From IMG/VR virus record IMGVR_UViG_3300046501_000246: DNA of 64,000 bases; one strand, given 5' to 3'. The notes beneath the pieces are model-generated. The model worked only from the letters and a program-made list of their open reading frames with translations. It was not told where the DNA came from and did not search any database. This document shows, in pieces, positions 1 to 9,672 of this stretch; position 1 is the first letter of the stretch; each line of letters begins with the position of its first letter. This stretch comes from a virus. The translations under genes were made by a program, and so were the position numbers.

Positions 1-12
1 GACGATGGATTG

Positions 13-21
13 TGGTATAAT
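13..21 (+). promoter_or_regulatory. extended -10 element (TG-G-TATAAT); any -35 lies outside the window
   Basis: TGGTATAAT at 13-21, upstream of AAAGG and the ATG at 49. Confidence 0.45.
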
Positions 22-48
22 TATCACATACAATCAGGATTAAAGGCG

Positions 49-237
49 ATGTGGATCATCGCTCCTTTCAAGCAAAAGCGTGATGTACTTGTTTATGCTC
101 AGAGTTTGAACGAATCACCGATAGACTGGCATGTCAATAGTGAGATTCAACTACTTGAGAAGAATGATGTAGATCGTGTACACACTATTATGTCGCGAAT
201 TTCTCGCGCCATAAAACAAGACCTTGGCCTAGATTAA
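49..237 (+). CDS. hypothetical protein (ATG 49 preferred over TTG 10)
   Basis: ORF track; SD-like AAAGG before ATG 49. Confidence 0.55.
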   Translation: MWIIAPFKQKRDVLVYAQSLNESPIDWHVNSEIQLLEKNDVDRVHTIMSRISRAIKQDLGLD

Positions 238-253
238 CGGGGGATTTCTGAGA

Positions 254-490
254 ATGGCTCGCTTTACTGCATTTGTGACCTATAGAAAAACAGACGACGT
301 AAATGGTAACACTGTCATTGACTATGACGAAGACGGACAACTAAGCGCGGAGCTAGAAAAAAGACACATAAGCCTATTCAACATCGTTGGCGAAATCAGG
401 CTTATGTATAACGGTCATATGGGAATGCCTATCTCAATGGCTCAATGCTTCGCAGATGGAGATTTTGTACCCACTGGCATGCATCACTAA
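254..490 (+). CDS. hypothetical protein
   Basis: ORF track; co-oriented, followed by a terminator. Confidence 0.6.
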   Translation: MARFTAFVTYRKTDDVNGNTVIDYDEDGQLSAELEKRHISLFNIVGEIRLMYNGHMGMPISMAQCFADGDFVPTGMHH

Positions 491-504
491 AATACCAGAA
501 ATCC

Positions 505-549
505 CCCTCTCCTTTGCAGCTGTTAGCAGGGAGAGGGTCTTTTTATTTA
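505..549 (+). terminator. intrinsic terminator
   Basis: CCCTCTCC/GGAGAGGG stem (505-512/530-537) followed by TCTTTTTATTT. Confidence 0.7.
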
Positions 550-563
550 AAGGATAACATTTT

Positions 564-962
564 ATGACTATTAGAAATAATTGTGAATGGCTTTGGAACG
601 GCGTACTTCATGCAACGGCTTCGGTGGATGAAGATGGCGTGATTCGCCTTACAATGACTGGCGGCTATGATCCAACGGATAAATATACCAGACTTGGAGA
701 TAGTTGGATTTGGGGCGGTTCGGTAGAAGATTTTCTTGAAGCTTGGGTTTTTGTCAAAGAAATCGAGCCAGAAGTGGAACAGACACCTTTAGCTGAAACA
801 TGGCTCATTGTTTGCCGATTCCGCGACGGCGTTGATTTCAATGATGGGCTTTATTTCAGCCGTGAAGAGGCGCAGAAAGCTTATGACGAAGAACCTTACG
901 ACATTGCCACAGGCGAGCGCGTAGAACTACTCGACATTGTCAGGGTGCCATATTATGGCTAG
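564..962 (+). CDS. hypothetical protein
   Basis: ORF with AAGGA SD. Confidence 0.7.
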   Translation: MTIRNNCEWLWNGVLHATASVDEDGVIRLTMTGGYDPTDKYTRLGDSWIWGGSVEDFLEAWVFVKEIEPEVEQTPLAETWLIVCRFRDGVDFNDGLYFSREEAQKAYDEEPYDIATGERVELLDIVRVPYYG

Positions 963-1599
963 GCAGCTGACCCGCGTCATTGGCGATTGTCATGGCAAAT
1001 ATAGACGTTTCAAAAATATCATCAGAAACGCATCTAGGTCTATTTGTGTGGGCGATATGGGTGTCGGATTCAGATATTATGACGCGGGCCGCGAACTTAG
1101 GCACGCAGCCAATCCTCCTCATGATGCAATGGTGAAACGCAACTGTCGATACATACGTGGAAACCACGATAACCCTAACGTGTGTCGTAATCAATCTCAG
1201 TGGATTCCAGATGGCACGGTCGAAAATGATGTAATGTATATCGGTGGCGCTCTGTCTATCGATATCCATCTCAGAACTGAGGGCTTGTCGTGGTGGGCCG
1301 ATGAAGAATGCTCGCTGGCTCAGCTGAATCATTTTGTAGACGTGTACGACATGGTCAGGCCTCGCGTCATGATTTGCCACGAGTGCCCCGAAAGCATCGC
1401 GGACACGATCATGAAAGGTCACAACAAAAATAAAATCTTAAGACCGTCGCGGACTAGGCAGGCCCTTCAAGGAATGCTGGAAATTCACAGACCAGAAATA
1501 TTTTTATTCGGTCATTGGCACGTCGATATCGATCAAGTCATTGATGGCACTAGATTTATTTGCTTAAACGAACTTAGTTATATAGATTTGGAACTATGA
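955..1599 (+). CDS. calcineurin-like metallophosphoesterase
   Basis: motifs IGDCHG, VGDMG, RGNHD, CHE, FGHWH. Confidence 0.85.
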   Translation: MARQLTRVIGDCHGKYRRFKNIIRNASRSICVGDMGVGFRYYDAGRELRHAANPPHDAMVKRNCRYIRGNHDNPNVCRNQSQWIPDGTVENDVMYIGGALSIDIHLRTEGLSWWADEECSLAQLNHFVDVYDMVRPRVMICHECPESIADTIMKGHNKNKILRPSRTRQALQGMLEIHRPEIFLFGHWHVDIDQVIDGTRFICLNELSYIDLEL

Positions 1600-2165
1600 A
1601 AATAGAATTAACTCAAGATATCCTAAAAGAACTGATACATTACGAACCTCATACTGGCCATTTTTATTGGAAATTCAGAGACAAAAAATGGTTTGACAAC
1701 CCAACTGGACCGGGATCAGCTAGTTGGAACAGTCGTTATGCCTATGCTAGGGCTTTTACTTCAAATGATAAAGATGGTTACAAACTTGGGACCATTTTCA
1801 CAAAAGGGTATAGAGCGCATAATATTGCTTGGCTCTATGTTTATGGTTCATGGCCGAATGGAATCATTGATCACATCAATGGGAAACCTTGGGATAATCG
1901 AATTGAAAATCTACGAGATGTGACTAAAATTGAAAATGACCAAAATAAATCTTTAGCCAGAAATAACAAAAGCGGAATTATAGGTGTAGATTTTTGGCCT
2001 TCTGCCTCCCCTCCTAAACAATGGGTAGCACGTATTTCAACAGGAGACGGCAAACGCAAATTTTTAGGTTATTTTCTAACTAAAGAAGAAGCAGCTGAAT
2101 CCAGAGCTAAAGCAGAAATCGAGTATGGCTATCACGAAAACCATGGAAAACGAAAATGTCAGTAA
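1596..2165 (+). CDS. HNH homing endonuclease with C-terminal AP2-like DNA-binding domain
   Basis: RAHNIAW, IDHINGKPWDNRIENLR, C-terminal WVARI...FLGYF.TKEEAA; overlaps both neighbours. Confidence 0.85.
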   Translation: MKIELTQDILKELIHYEPHTGHFYWKFRDKKWFDNPTGPGSASWNSRYAYARAFTSNDKDGYKLGTIFTKGYRAHNIAWLYVYGSWPNGIIDHINGKPWDNRIENLRDVTKIENDQNKSLARNNKSGIIGVDFWPSASPPKQWVARISTGDGKRKFLGYFLTKEEAAESRAKAEIEYGYHENHGKRKCQ

Positions 2166-2380
2166 TTGATTTTAATCTTTTTAAAGCCAAAGTTGAAACT
2201 AATCCTAAACTTTATAACAAAGAGACGGAAGAATTTTGCTACACCATTGAGTATTTTCACGACGGCAGGAAATTTGTGACCGACCTGTGGGCCAAGACGT
2301 GGACCGACGCGGAACTTAAATTGAAGTCAATTCAAGATACAGCGGTTGTGGTAGGAAAATTAGTTGAGCGAGAGGATTGA
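2156..2380 (+). CDS. hypothetical protein
   Basis: ORF track. Confidence 0.6.
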   Translation: MSVIDFNLFKAKVETNPKLYNKETEEFCYTIEYFHDGRKFVTDLWAKTWTDAELKLKSIQDTAVVVGKLVERED

Positions 2381-2405
2381 CACGTGCTCACAATCATTTT
2401 ACTAA
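2377..2405 (+). promoter_or_regulatory. sigma70-like promoter upstream of pnuC
   Basis: TTGACA-N17-TACTAA. Confidence 0.5.
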
Positions 2406-2473
2406 GCATCATTGTCTATTTATTGGTTGAGATAAGAGACAGAATGAAAAAGTAAACCGCAAAGGAGATTTAG

Positions 2474-3121
2474 ATGAATAAATATTGGGCTAGCTTGGGT
2501 TGGGGCACAAACCTTACCATTATCACTTATGTAATGGGCGCGGCACTTGGTCTCGTTGATGTGCATAATTTTAACTATGTCGAATTCTTTGCAATTTGGA
2601 CCAGTTATGTCTGCACTCTGATGTGCGTGTTCCAAACGAGATGGAATTACCCGCTCGGCGCGGTTTCCACCATTCTTTATGCCATTTTGTCTTACAGAGC
2701 CGATCTACCTGCGGTCGGCCTGTTCAACATCCTCCTATCGATCAACCTGATTTATGGCTGGTTCCGCTGGCGCAGCGATGACGTGACCCGCCCCGTTACT
2801 AATCCGAATGCGGCTTGGTGGCTCGGATATGTCGGAATCGGGCTTGCCACTTATTTGATCCTGACCATCGTCAATGGATATTTCGGCTACGAGCAGACTT
2901 GGGTAGATGTTACGACAGCTGTAGTCTATGCCGTGGCTCAAGCCATGCTCGACAATAAGCATCGCACATCGTGGGCCGTATTCTTTGTCCTCAATGTCTT
3001 GTCGATCTACCTATACTTCAAGCAGGAAGCTTATTTCGTGGTGATCCAGTACATTTACTTCCTCGGAAATACACTTTATGGTCACTTTGAGTGGCGTAAA
3101 TCTGAAGAAGTCTTCAACTAA
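2474..3121 (+). CDS. pnuC: PnuC-family nicotinamide riboside transporter
   Basis: multi-TM 215 aa; NYPLG, YGWFRW, W.DV.T, W.VFFVLNVLSIYLYF, YGHFEW pattern; AAGGAG SD; nadR nearby. Confidence 0.8.
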   Translation: MNKYWASLGWGTNLTIITYVMGAALGLVDVHNFNYVEFFAIWTSYVCTLMCVFQTRWNYPLGAVSTILYAILSYRADLPAVGLFNILLSINLIYGWFRWRSDDVTRPVTNPNAAWWLGYVGIGLATYLILTIVNGYFGYEQTWVDVTTAVVYAVAQAMLDNKHRTSWAVFFVLNVLSIYLYFKQEAYFVVIQYIYFLGNTLYGHFEWRKSEEVFN

Positions 3122-3179
3122 ATGATTGACAGTAGCCCCTAACGGGGCTACACTTCTATCTAGAACAAAGGAGGGTGTT

Positions 3180-3612
3180 ATGAAATTTCTAATAATTTAT
3201 GGCCTTATCGCTTTTGGGACGTGGGCCGGATATGACAGAATTTATAGAGAAGCTTGCCCGTCAGAAAAGTTTTCATACGGGCCGGTCATGGCAGGGATTG
3301 TGTGGCCCTTCTTCGCCGGTCTAGCAATTACTAGCGCCACGACCGATAGAATTTCAAAACCAGTCACATGCGGAAATCTTTTTTAAAAGGAGGAATGTCA
3401 TGCGTTTGAATAAAAAATGGACCACGGCGCATCTCCTGAATGTTGCCCTATCATCTCCCAAGTTCAGCGCTGATGTGAATTCCGGTGAAGATGTAATTTC
3501 CGTTGACGTTGATAAAAACACAGGCTTCGTGACTTGGTGGCATAATTATGTCAGAGTTACGGAAGGCGATATTGCGAATGTATTGGCTCGATGGGCCGTG
3601 GAAGGAGTTTAA
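3180..3612 (+). CDS. two small hypothetical proteins (3180-3386 membrane-associated; 3400-3612)
   Basis: ORF track; GGAGG-type SDs before 3180 and 3400. Confidence 0.55.
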
Positions 3613-3617
3613 ATTTT

Positions 3618-4091
3618 ATGACAAGAGACGAAGTTAAAGCGAATCGAATCAAGTGGGCCAATTTCCTTCTAAATAAAAAGAGGAAGAAAGCTATTAGTGT
3701 TCTTGATAAAGGCGACGGTGCTAGATGCTGCTTAGGTCATGGCGCGTATTGCTTAGGCGTGCCGCGCCGCAACATAGTTAATGGACTGGATAATGCGTGT
3801 TTCGAATATGGAGATGAGGACGCAGCATATTCCGCTCCTTCTGAATTGGTAGAGCTTGTCGGACTGTGGGACAGTGATGGCATGACTGAAGGCGAGGATT
3901 TAGTTATTAATGGTCTTAACTTTTCTTCATTAGCTGGTGCCAATGATGCTGATAGACATTATGCCTTTGAAACAGGCGTTGAAAGCAGCGAAATAAACAT
4001 CACTCCTCAAATGATTGGGACATATCTCCTCACCGTGATCGAAGGCGGCGATGACACTCCGTTTCGCCCACTGTCGGAGTACCCTGAATGA
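3618..4091 (+). CDS. hypothetical protein, CCLG-motif family (paralog of 9665-10006)
   Basis: W...L...DGARCCLG motif. Confidence 0.65.
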   Translation: MTRDEVKANRIKWANFLLNKKRKKAISVLDKGDGARCCLGHGAYCLGVPRRNIVNGLDNACFEYGDEDAAYSAPSELVELVGLWDSDGMTEGEDLVINGLNFSSLAGANDADRHYAFETGVESSEINITPQMIGTYLLTVIEGGDDTPFRPLSEYPE

Positions 4092-4541
4092 GCGCTGGTA
4101 AAGCATCGATTTGCCATTGGGATTTGAGGGCCAGATTCTTCACCAAAGAACAAGCCGTTAAAGCTATTAAACTTTTACTTGAGGAAGATATTGATTTCGA
4201 TATTGCGTATTCAGTTGAAATGGGTGATAGTCTGAATCGAACTGCTTATATCATCGATATTGACGGAATGTCTTGGGCCAATAATCTTGAAACCGTGGCA
4301 CAAATTTTAAAAGAAGTAGATCACAAATATGAATGAGTCTGAGCTACGCGAAAAGATTATTAAAGTTTTAGGACCAGAGCTATATGGCGCGTATGACTGC
4401 ATCCGAGTTTGGGAAGCTTGGTCATATGGTACGATGAGTCAGGATGATTTTGTTCCAGTTGAAGATCGGCTAGGCGAGATTGCTGAGAGCTTATTAAAGG
4501 AGATTTTGGGTGACAACTACGACGGGACTGACAGTAATTAG
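4088..4541 (+). CDS. two hypothetical proteins (4088-4336; 4329-4541)
   Basis: ORF track; overlapping start/stop junctions. Confidence 0.6.
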
Positions 4542-5526
4542 CGGCTTGCTTCCAACTCGTGGTCATCAATATCTAATTGATTTTGCATCTAAATTCGTTG
4601 ATCGACTCCACGTCATAGTCTGTATCAGATCGTTTGAGCCTCGTCTCACGCTGGATCGTGCCGAAGTTTTAGCAAAACATTATGCCGGTACGAATGTAAC
4701 AGTTCATGAGCATTACGCCGACGATGCGCCTCAAAATGACGATGGCACGACGGAGTTTTGGGACTATTGGGCCAATCTTGTAGATAAAGCCGTCACTAAA
4801 CGCAAAAAGATTGATTATTTCTTCGCCTCTGAAAAGTATGGCGCTCGATTTGCTGAAGCTCTTGGCGTCACTTTTGTTCCTGTCGATATTGGCAGGGAAA
4901 TCCTGAGCGTCACAGGAACGCGTGTGAGACAAAATCTCGCTGAGAATTTTAAATATATCCTCCCCGAATACCAAGGCAAATTGGCAAAAACGGTTTGCCT
5001 CTACGGACAAGAATCGGTAGGCAAAACCACAATGTCAAAGTGGCTCGCCACGAAGCTTGAAGGCCGTTGGATTCATGAATGGGCCAGACCTTATCTTGAA
5101 GAAGTCGGCGCTGAAGTCACGGATGAAAAAATGTTAAACATTGTGCGTGGTCAGTACGCTGTCATGGTTTCCGCACCTACTGCATTGTTTAATATAAGAG
5201 ATACTGATCTCCTTTCAACCATTGGATATTATAAAATCTACGGCGGTAAAATGCCTGAAGAACTTATCCAAAAATTTAACTTGACAAAAAGCGATCTTTA
5301 TGTAATGTTAAATGACAATATCCCTTTCGAGCCCGATCCTTTGAGATATGGCGGAGATAAGAGGGAAAGTGAGATGCAGTTCTGGATCGACCTTCTGGAC
5401 GAATATGACTGCAAATATCATGTCGTGGAAAGCACTGACATTAAGAAACAGCGCAAAGAAGTTGTAGAAGCTGTTTACGATTTTTTCACTGATCTACGAG
5501 AGATAGAGGAATTCATTCGTGACTGA
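4510..5526 (+). CDS. nadR: NadR-like NMN adenylyltransferase / ribosylnicotinamide kinase (no HTH)
   Basis: PTRGHQYLI (HxGH-like), PVDIGREILSVTGTRVR, Walker A GQESVGKTT, HEWARPYLE, DTDLLST, FEPDPLRYG. Confidence 0.85.
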   Translation: MTTTTGLTVISGLLPTRGHQYLIDFASKFVDRLHVIVCIRSFEPRLTLDRAEVLAKHYAGTNVTVHEHYADDAPQNDDGTTEFWDYWANLVDKAVTKRKKIDYFFASEKYGARFAEALGVTFVPVDIGREILSVTGTRVRQNLAENFKYILPEYQGKLAKTVCLYGQESVGKTTMSKWLATKLEGRWIHEWARPYLEEVGAEVTDEKMLNIVRGQYAVMVSAPTALFNIRDTDLLSTIGYYKIYGGKMPEELIQKFNLTKSDLYVMLNDNIPFEPDPLRYGGDKRESEMQFWIDLLDEYDCKYHVVESTDIKKQRKEVVEAVYDFFTDLREIEEFIRD

Positions 5527-6032
5527 ATACAAAAAAGGTGACAAAGTTATCTTTGTCGATCCAAATCACAGGTACGGTGGCTGGAATTTTACGGTAGGAA
5601 AGATCTACACCGTTGGTGGAAAGTTTTTCCAAGATTTTCCTGACATGTTGGGAATTGAGGCTGACGACTCTGGTAATCCTAATGGACACGAGTTTGAGTT
5701 TTTCGTCTCCGCTCCTGCCGATGAGCAAACGTTCTGTTCTTGGTGGAACAGCTATTATCCTCAAGAATATGGCCACAACGCCGAATTTAGAAACATTGTG
5801 GAACGCCACGCCGAAGCGGCATATCTGGCGGGAAAGAAGTCAAATGCCGTCACATAGCTTATTTTTTCTTTGGCTTAAGTTACTCTTTATCGATCTCGTA
5901 TTCTGTGCCGGTATTTTCTTTGGAATATATGGTCTCGCCTTATATTTAGATGTCACGGTTCGTGACTTCGTTCCACTACTAATCACCGCATTCGCAGTCT
6001 ATAGCGCAACGGCGCGTTACAAGGAACTTTGA
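5519..6032 (+). CDS. two hypothetical proteins (5519-5857; small membrane protein 5844-6032)
   Basis: ORF track; ATG 5844 gives a hydrophobic 62 aa product. Confidence 0.55.
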
Positions 6033-6033
6033 T

Positions 6034-6441
6034 ATGAACTACAAATGGCTTACCTTCAACTGCGTCTCGCTCTTCATCATGGCATTTCTGATCCAATTTT
6101 ATGACGCAGCTAACTTTATCTGGACCATGGATAAGACTCACATCACGCTGGTAATTCTGGCACTTTATGTGACCTGTTCGGCCTATTTAGGGATTATGGG
6201 TGATAAAATCAACTTTAAAAAAATTAGATTTCATCTAAATCGCTTTACGATGTGGGGCCTGATTGGCACCATGACAGGCCTTATTCTAATGTTCATGGGC
6301 GCTGACGATATGGAGGCTTTTAGACAGAATATCTTGACCGAAGTTGGTCCAGTTTTCCTCACTGGCTTGTTTGGCCTAGCCAGCAGCATTGCCCTTGATT
6401 ATCAGATCGCGCTATGCTTCGATAATTATGACGAAGTTTAA
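6034..6441 (+). CDS. MotA/TolQ/ExbB-like proton-channel membrane protein
   Basis: four hydrophobic segments; GLIGTMTGLILMF and FLTGLFGLASSI resemble the two conserved ExbB/MotA TM helices. Confidence 0.6.
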   Translation: MNYKWLTFNCVSLFIMAFLIQFYDAANFIWTMDKTHITLVILALYVTCSAYLGIMGDKINFKKIRFHLNRFTMWGLIGTMTGLILMFMGADDMEAFRQNILTEVGPVFLTGLFGLASSIALDYQIALCFDNYDEV

Positions 6442-6461
6442 TTTTTGAAAGGAAGAGCCTA

Positions 6462-7046
6462 ATGAAAGGCCCTGTCAAAATTGCATACATTGATGTACTT
6501 CAATGCCTTATAGCAGTATTTTTCGTTGTAATTATTCTCTCTACGCCGAAGAAGGAAGAATCAAAGGGAACGATCATTGATCCGTCTCAATTCCTAGTCG
6601 AAATGACGTGGACCGATGATAGTCCAAACGATGTTGATCTCTGGATGAGTAATCCAAATAACGACATTGTCTACTATCACACCAGAGAAATCGGCGGCAT
6701 GACCCTAGACACAGATAATCTAGGCAGAAATAATACTTTTACTGACCCTAGCGGCAACCTAATTGTTAATCACACACGCCGAGAGGTAGCCAGCATTAGA
6801 GTAGTCATGGCAGGCACTTACACCGTCAATGTAATGCTTTTTGATAAACCAACTAAAGGACCAGAAACGGTCAAAATCAGGGTCTTCAAGCTAAATCCTT
6901 ATAAAGATATTATTGAAAAAGTGGTTGTACTGGAAACTGTTAAACAGGAATCCACTATTTTACAGTTCGATATCGACAAGGATGGCAACTTTATTAGTAA
7001 GTCTGAAGATGAACAGATTTCTCTCTTTGCGAGGCTAAAGGCATGA
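6462..7046 (+). CDS. ExbD/MotB-like single-TM protein with periplasmic beta-rich (YfaP-like) domain
   Basis: IAYIDVLQCLIAVFFVVIIL TM with Asp in an IDV context; TWTDDSPNDVDLWM...LDTDN, GTYTVNV motifs. Confidence 0.55.
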   Translation: MKGPVKIAYIDVLQCLIAVFFVVIILSTPKKEESKGTIIDPSQFLVEMTWTDDSPNDVDLWMSNPNNDIVYYHTREIGGMTLDTDNLGRNNTFTDPSGNLIVNHTRREVASIRVVMAGTYTVNVMLFDKPTKGPETVKIRVFKLNPYKDIIEKVVVLETVKQESTILQFDIDKDGNFISKSEDEQISLFARLKA

Positions 7047-7510
7047 TCATTCCATCTATCATCATTCTTGGACTTCTACTTGTTACAGTTTTTGTCGGCT
7101 TCCGATATAATTGGAAGCTCTCACTGGCTATTTTCATTCCAATGCTTTATCTCGGTTATTGGACCGTAGCCACTCAGGTTCCAAAATACTTTGGCTATGC
7201 CGTGCCAATCAATTTCGCTGAAATGGAAAACCAAGCCCTAATGATCAGCGGTTATGACGGCGGTAAGTCTATCTACCTTCTCATCATAGAGAAAGGCGTC
7301 AAGGAACCACGTCTCGTCAGCATGCCAAATAATGCTGAAAATAGGGCAATATTTAACCAGCTTACCAAAAAAATCAAGAACGGCCAAGCCGCCATTATTA
7401 AGAAAAACAATAAAAAAGGTAAAATGGGCAAAGGTGAAGGTCAATCCAGTATGGGCGATATCGAAGGCGTAGAGATGAAGGATCAAAATATCCTTCAGAA
7501 GGAAGGATGA
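7043..7510 (+). CDS. membrane-anchored hypothetical protein, third gene of the trio
   Basis: two N-terminal TM segments; ATGA overlap with upstream gene. Confidence 0.65.
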   Translation: MIIPSIIILGLLLVTVFVGFRYNWKLSLAIFIPMLYLGYWTVATQVPKYFGYAVPINFAEMENQALMISGYDGGKSIYLLIIEKGVKEPRLVSMPNNAENRAIFNQLTKKIKNGQAAIIKKNNKKGKMGKGEGQSSMGDIEGVEMKDQNILQKEG

Positions 7511-7966
7511 TCGTGAAACCTGCATATTACTTGATTGAAAACTGTAAGTGCGAAGCCTATGTCCAAGAAATTGCGGTCTGTATTTTCTGGCGCAGATGGT
7601 ATTGGAAGGCTAAATTTTATTACGAAGGCGAATGCACTCCGTATGACATTTTTGATGGAACAGAATTAACAGAGCAAGAAGCAATCGACTCTTGCCTCAG
7701 TAAATATGGGGAGTTGTTTCCTTCCGATGACTAAAGCTGTTGTAGTTTATCAAGCTGGCGACGAGAAACATAGTATTCAAGTCGCCTTAAGTAGGCGAGA
7801 TGGAAAGACTTTTGTTAGAGAATTTAAGCGCCATACCAGATTCGGAAAGAAGTGGGATACATGGCGCGAAACATCTTTTCCTGAAGTGATTGCACTAGGA
7901 TTTGAAGAATTTAAACGCGTCGATAAAGGTGTCAAAGTTGTCTTACCTATTCCCATTACTACTTAG
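7507..7966 (+). CDS. two hypothetical proteins (7507-7734; 7727-7966)
   Basis: ORF track; overlapping junctions. Confidence 0.55.
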
Positions 7967-8012
7967 TGTTGGCGTCAATATTACATGTTTCATGGCTTTT
8001 GCGGCATGGAAG

Positions 8013-8219
8013 ATGGGCCAAACCCCTCGTGACAGAGTAAGACATAAAGTCCGAGGCTCTTATTACGAAATCATAGGTTTTGCCACGGTCCAAACCGCTG
8101 ATGCACTTAAAGATGACGATAGAGTTTTTGTTTATCGAGATATTGACTCTGACGAAATGTATGTTAGAAAAGATAGTGAATTTGCAGATGGAAGGTTTGA
8201 ATTAATCAATGCCAAGTAA
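8013..8219 (+). CDS. DUF1653-like small SH3-type protein (start uncertain, 7992 or 8013)
   Basis: RHKVRGSYYEIIGFA...VYRD...MYVRKDSEF resembles DUF1653. Confidence 0.5.
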   Translation: MGQTPRDRVRHKVRGSYYEIIGFATVQTADALKDDDRVFVYRDIDSDEMYVRKDSEFADGRFELINAK

Positions 8220-8703
8220 TTTAAAAACTATGATCCTCGTCAAAGCTGCTCTATCTGGCCAATACGACAAGCAGAAAGTATCTAAGTACGATCACTGTGT
8301 CAGGGTTTCTAATAATGCATTAATGCTGGTGAAGCGTTACGACATTGCGGACGAAAAGCTCGCAAGTGATATTTATCAAGTCGCACTGCTCCACGACGTA
8401 CTTGAAGATAGCGATATTACGGCTTATGATCTCCATCTCTATGGATATAGCAATGCCATTATCGACGCGGTAGAGCTTTTGACTCACTATAACGAAGATG
8501 GAAGTTATTCAGACTATATCGATACGCTCTGCGCCAGCGGTAATATCACTGCTCTGATCGGCAAGCTGGCCGACAATATGGATAATACATCAATTGGACG
8601 CAATGCTGATCTTGATGATAAGTTTAAAGCCTACCTCAACAAGAGGTACGCTGGTGTGAGAGAGAAGCTTGAAGCAGCGATTGAAAAGGTTTTATCAGCA
8701 TGA
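8209..8703 (+). CDS. HD-domain hydrolase, RelA/SpoT-hydrolase (Mesh1/SAH)-like
   Basis: YDHCVRV, ALLHDVLEDS, AVELLT, KLADNMDN. Confidence 0.75.
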   Translation: MPSNLKTMILVKAALSGQYDKQKVSKYDHCVRVSNNALMLVKRYDIADEKLASDIYQVALLHDVLEDSDITAYDLHLYGYSNAIIDAVELLTHYNEDGSYSDYIDTLCASGNITALIGKLADNMDNTSIGRNADLDDKFKAYLNKRYAGVREKLEAAIEKVLSA

Positions 8704-9672
8704 AACTTTTAAAGGAACATATCGAGTATTTTTTGGCTCAGGGCGCATTAAGCCCCGGAACTATACTTAAAATTTTTACTGATTTAAACTTCAATAAAAG
8801 AGATGTTCAAACTATTATTCACAGTGGTTTTGATCGCGGTTATTGGCACTTAGATAAAAACATGTACGTGTCACTAGGGCCGTGGATTGGCGAAGTAAAT
8901 GACTGAAGCTCAGATTAAACACATGGTTAACCGGTTTCTGACATGGAAACTGCCTGAAAACTTTAATCCAGACGCAGGAATTAGCTTTAAGCCAGATTTT
9001 AATGAGAACACTCCGTGGCCCAAGAAGCATCAACCCTATGGCACCAATCTGCTCGACGCGGTTCAAGCCGAAGCAATGGTCCGTCACCTTCTTGAAGGAA
9101 TTGAATAATGTGGCCCTCCGATCCTCTGACACAAGTCTTCGCCGTGATAGCATTGTATTTCACTGTGAAATGGATTTTAATAATTATTAACAACAAAATT
9201 AATGGTACGAAAGACACATTCGAATGACAAATAATGTAAGTTCTTCATCTTCAAGTGGTATTGGTTTCGTCGGTCTCCTCACCATTCTTTTCATCGCTCT
9301 GAAGCTAACCGGCTTCATTGCTTGGTCTTGGCTATGGGTACTGTCTCCGCTCTGGATCGCGCCCCTAGTAATTATCGCAATTCTCGTTCTTCTATTTCTA
9401 ATCGCTCTTAAAATTGATGGTTCAAAAAGACGATGACTCTATTAGATTATTATTTACTTTGGGCCGGTTCGGGGCTTTTGGGCTGTGTCATAGGATTCTA
9501 TATAGATTATTATCTAGGGAATGACTCTAGATTAAAGGATTTGCTAGGATTTATCACTCTTGCTCTAATTATTGGACCTTTTGTTGCCGTGATGGCTATA
9601 TCGTATTTCTGCTCAGAATTTAAAATTTTAGACAGAGTAATCATCCGTGGAAGGAAGAAAAATAATGACTGA
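8700..9672 (+). CDS. run of small hypothetical proteins (8700-8906, 8899-9108, membrane proteins 9224-9436 and 9433-9672)
   Basis: ORF track; 9224 carries GIGFVGLLTILFIALKLTG..AWSWLWVLSPLW, a hydrophobic phage membrane-protein pattern. Confidence 0.6.

Noticed and set aside
6034-7046. Calling the membrane pair Zorya ZorAB or flagellar MotAB
   Set aside because: The A-like protein has no long cytoplasmic tail or torque domain, the B-like protein has no OmpA-type peptidoglycan-binding domain, and no zorC/D/E or flagellar genes are nearby.
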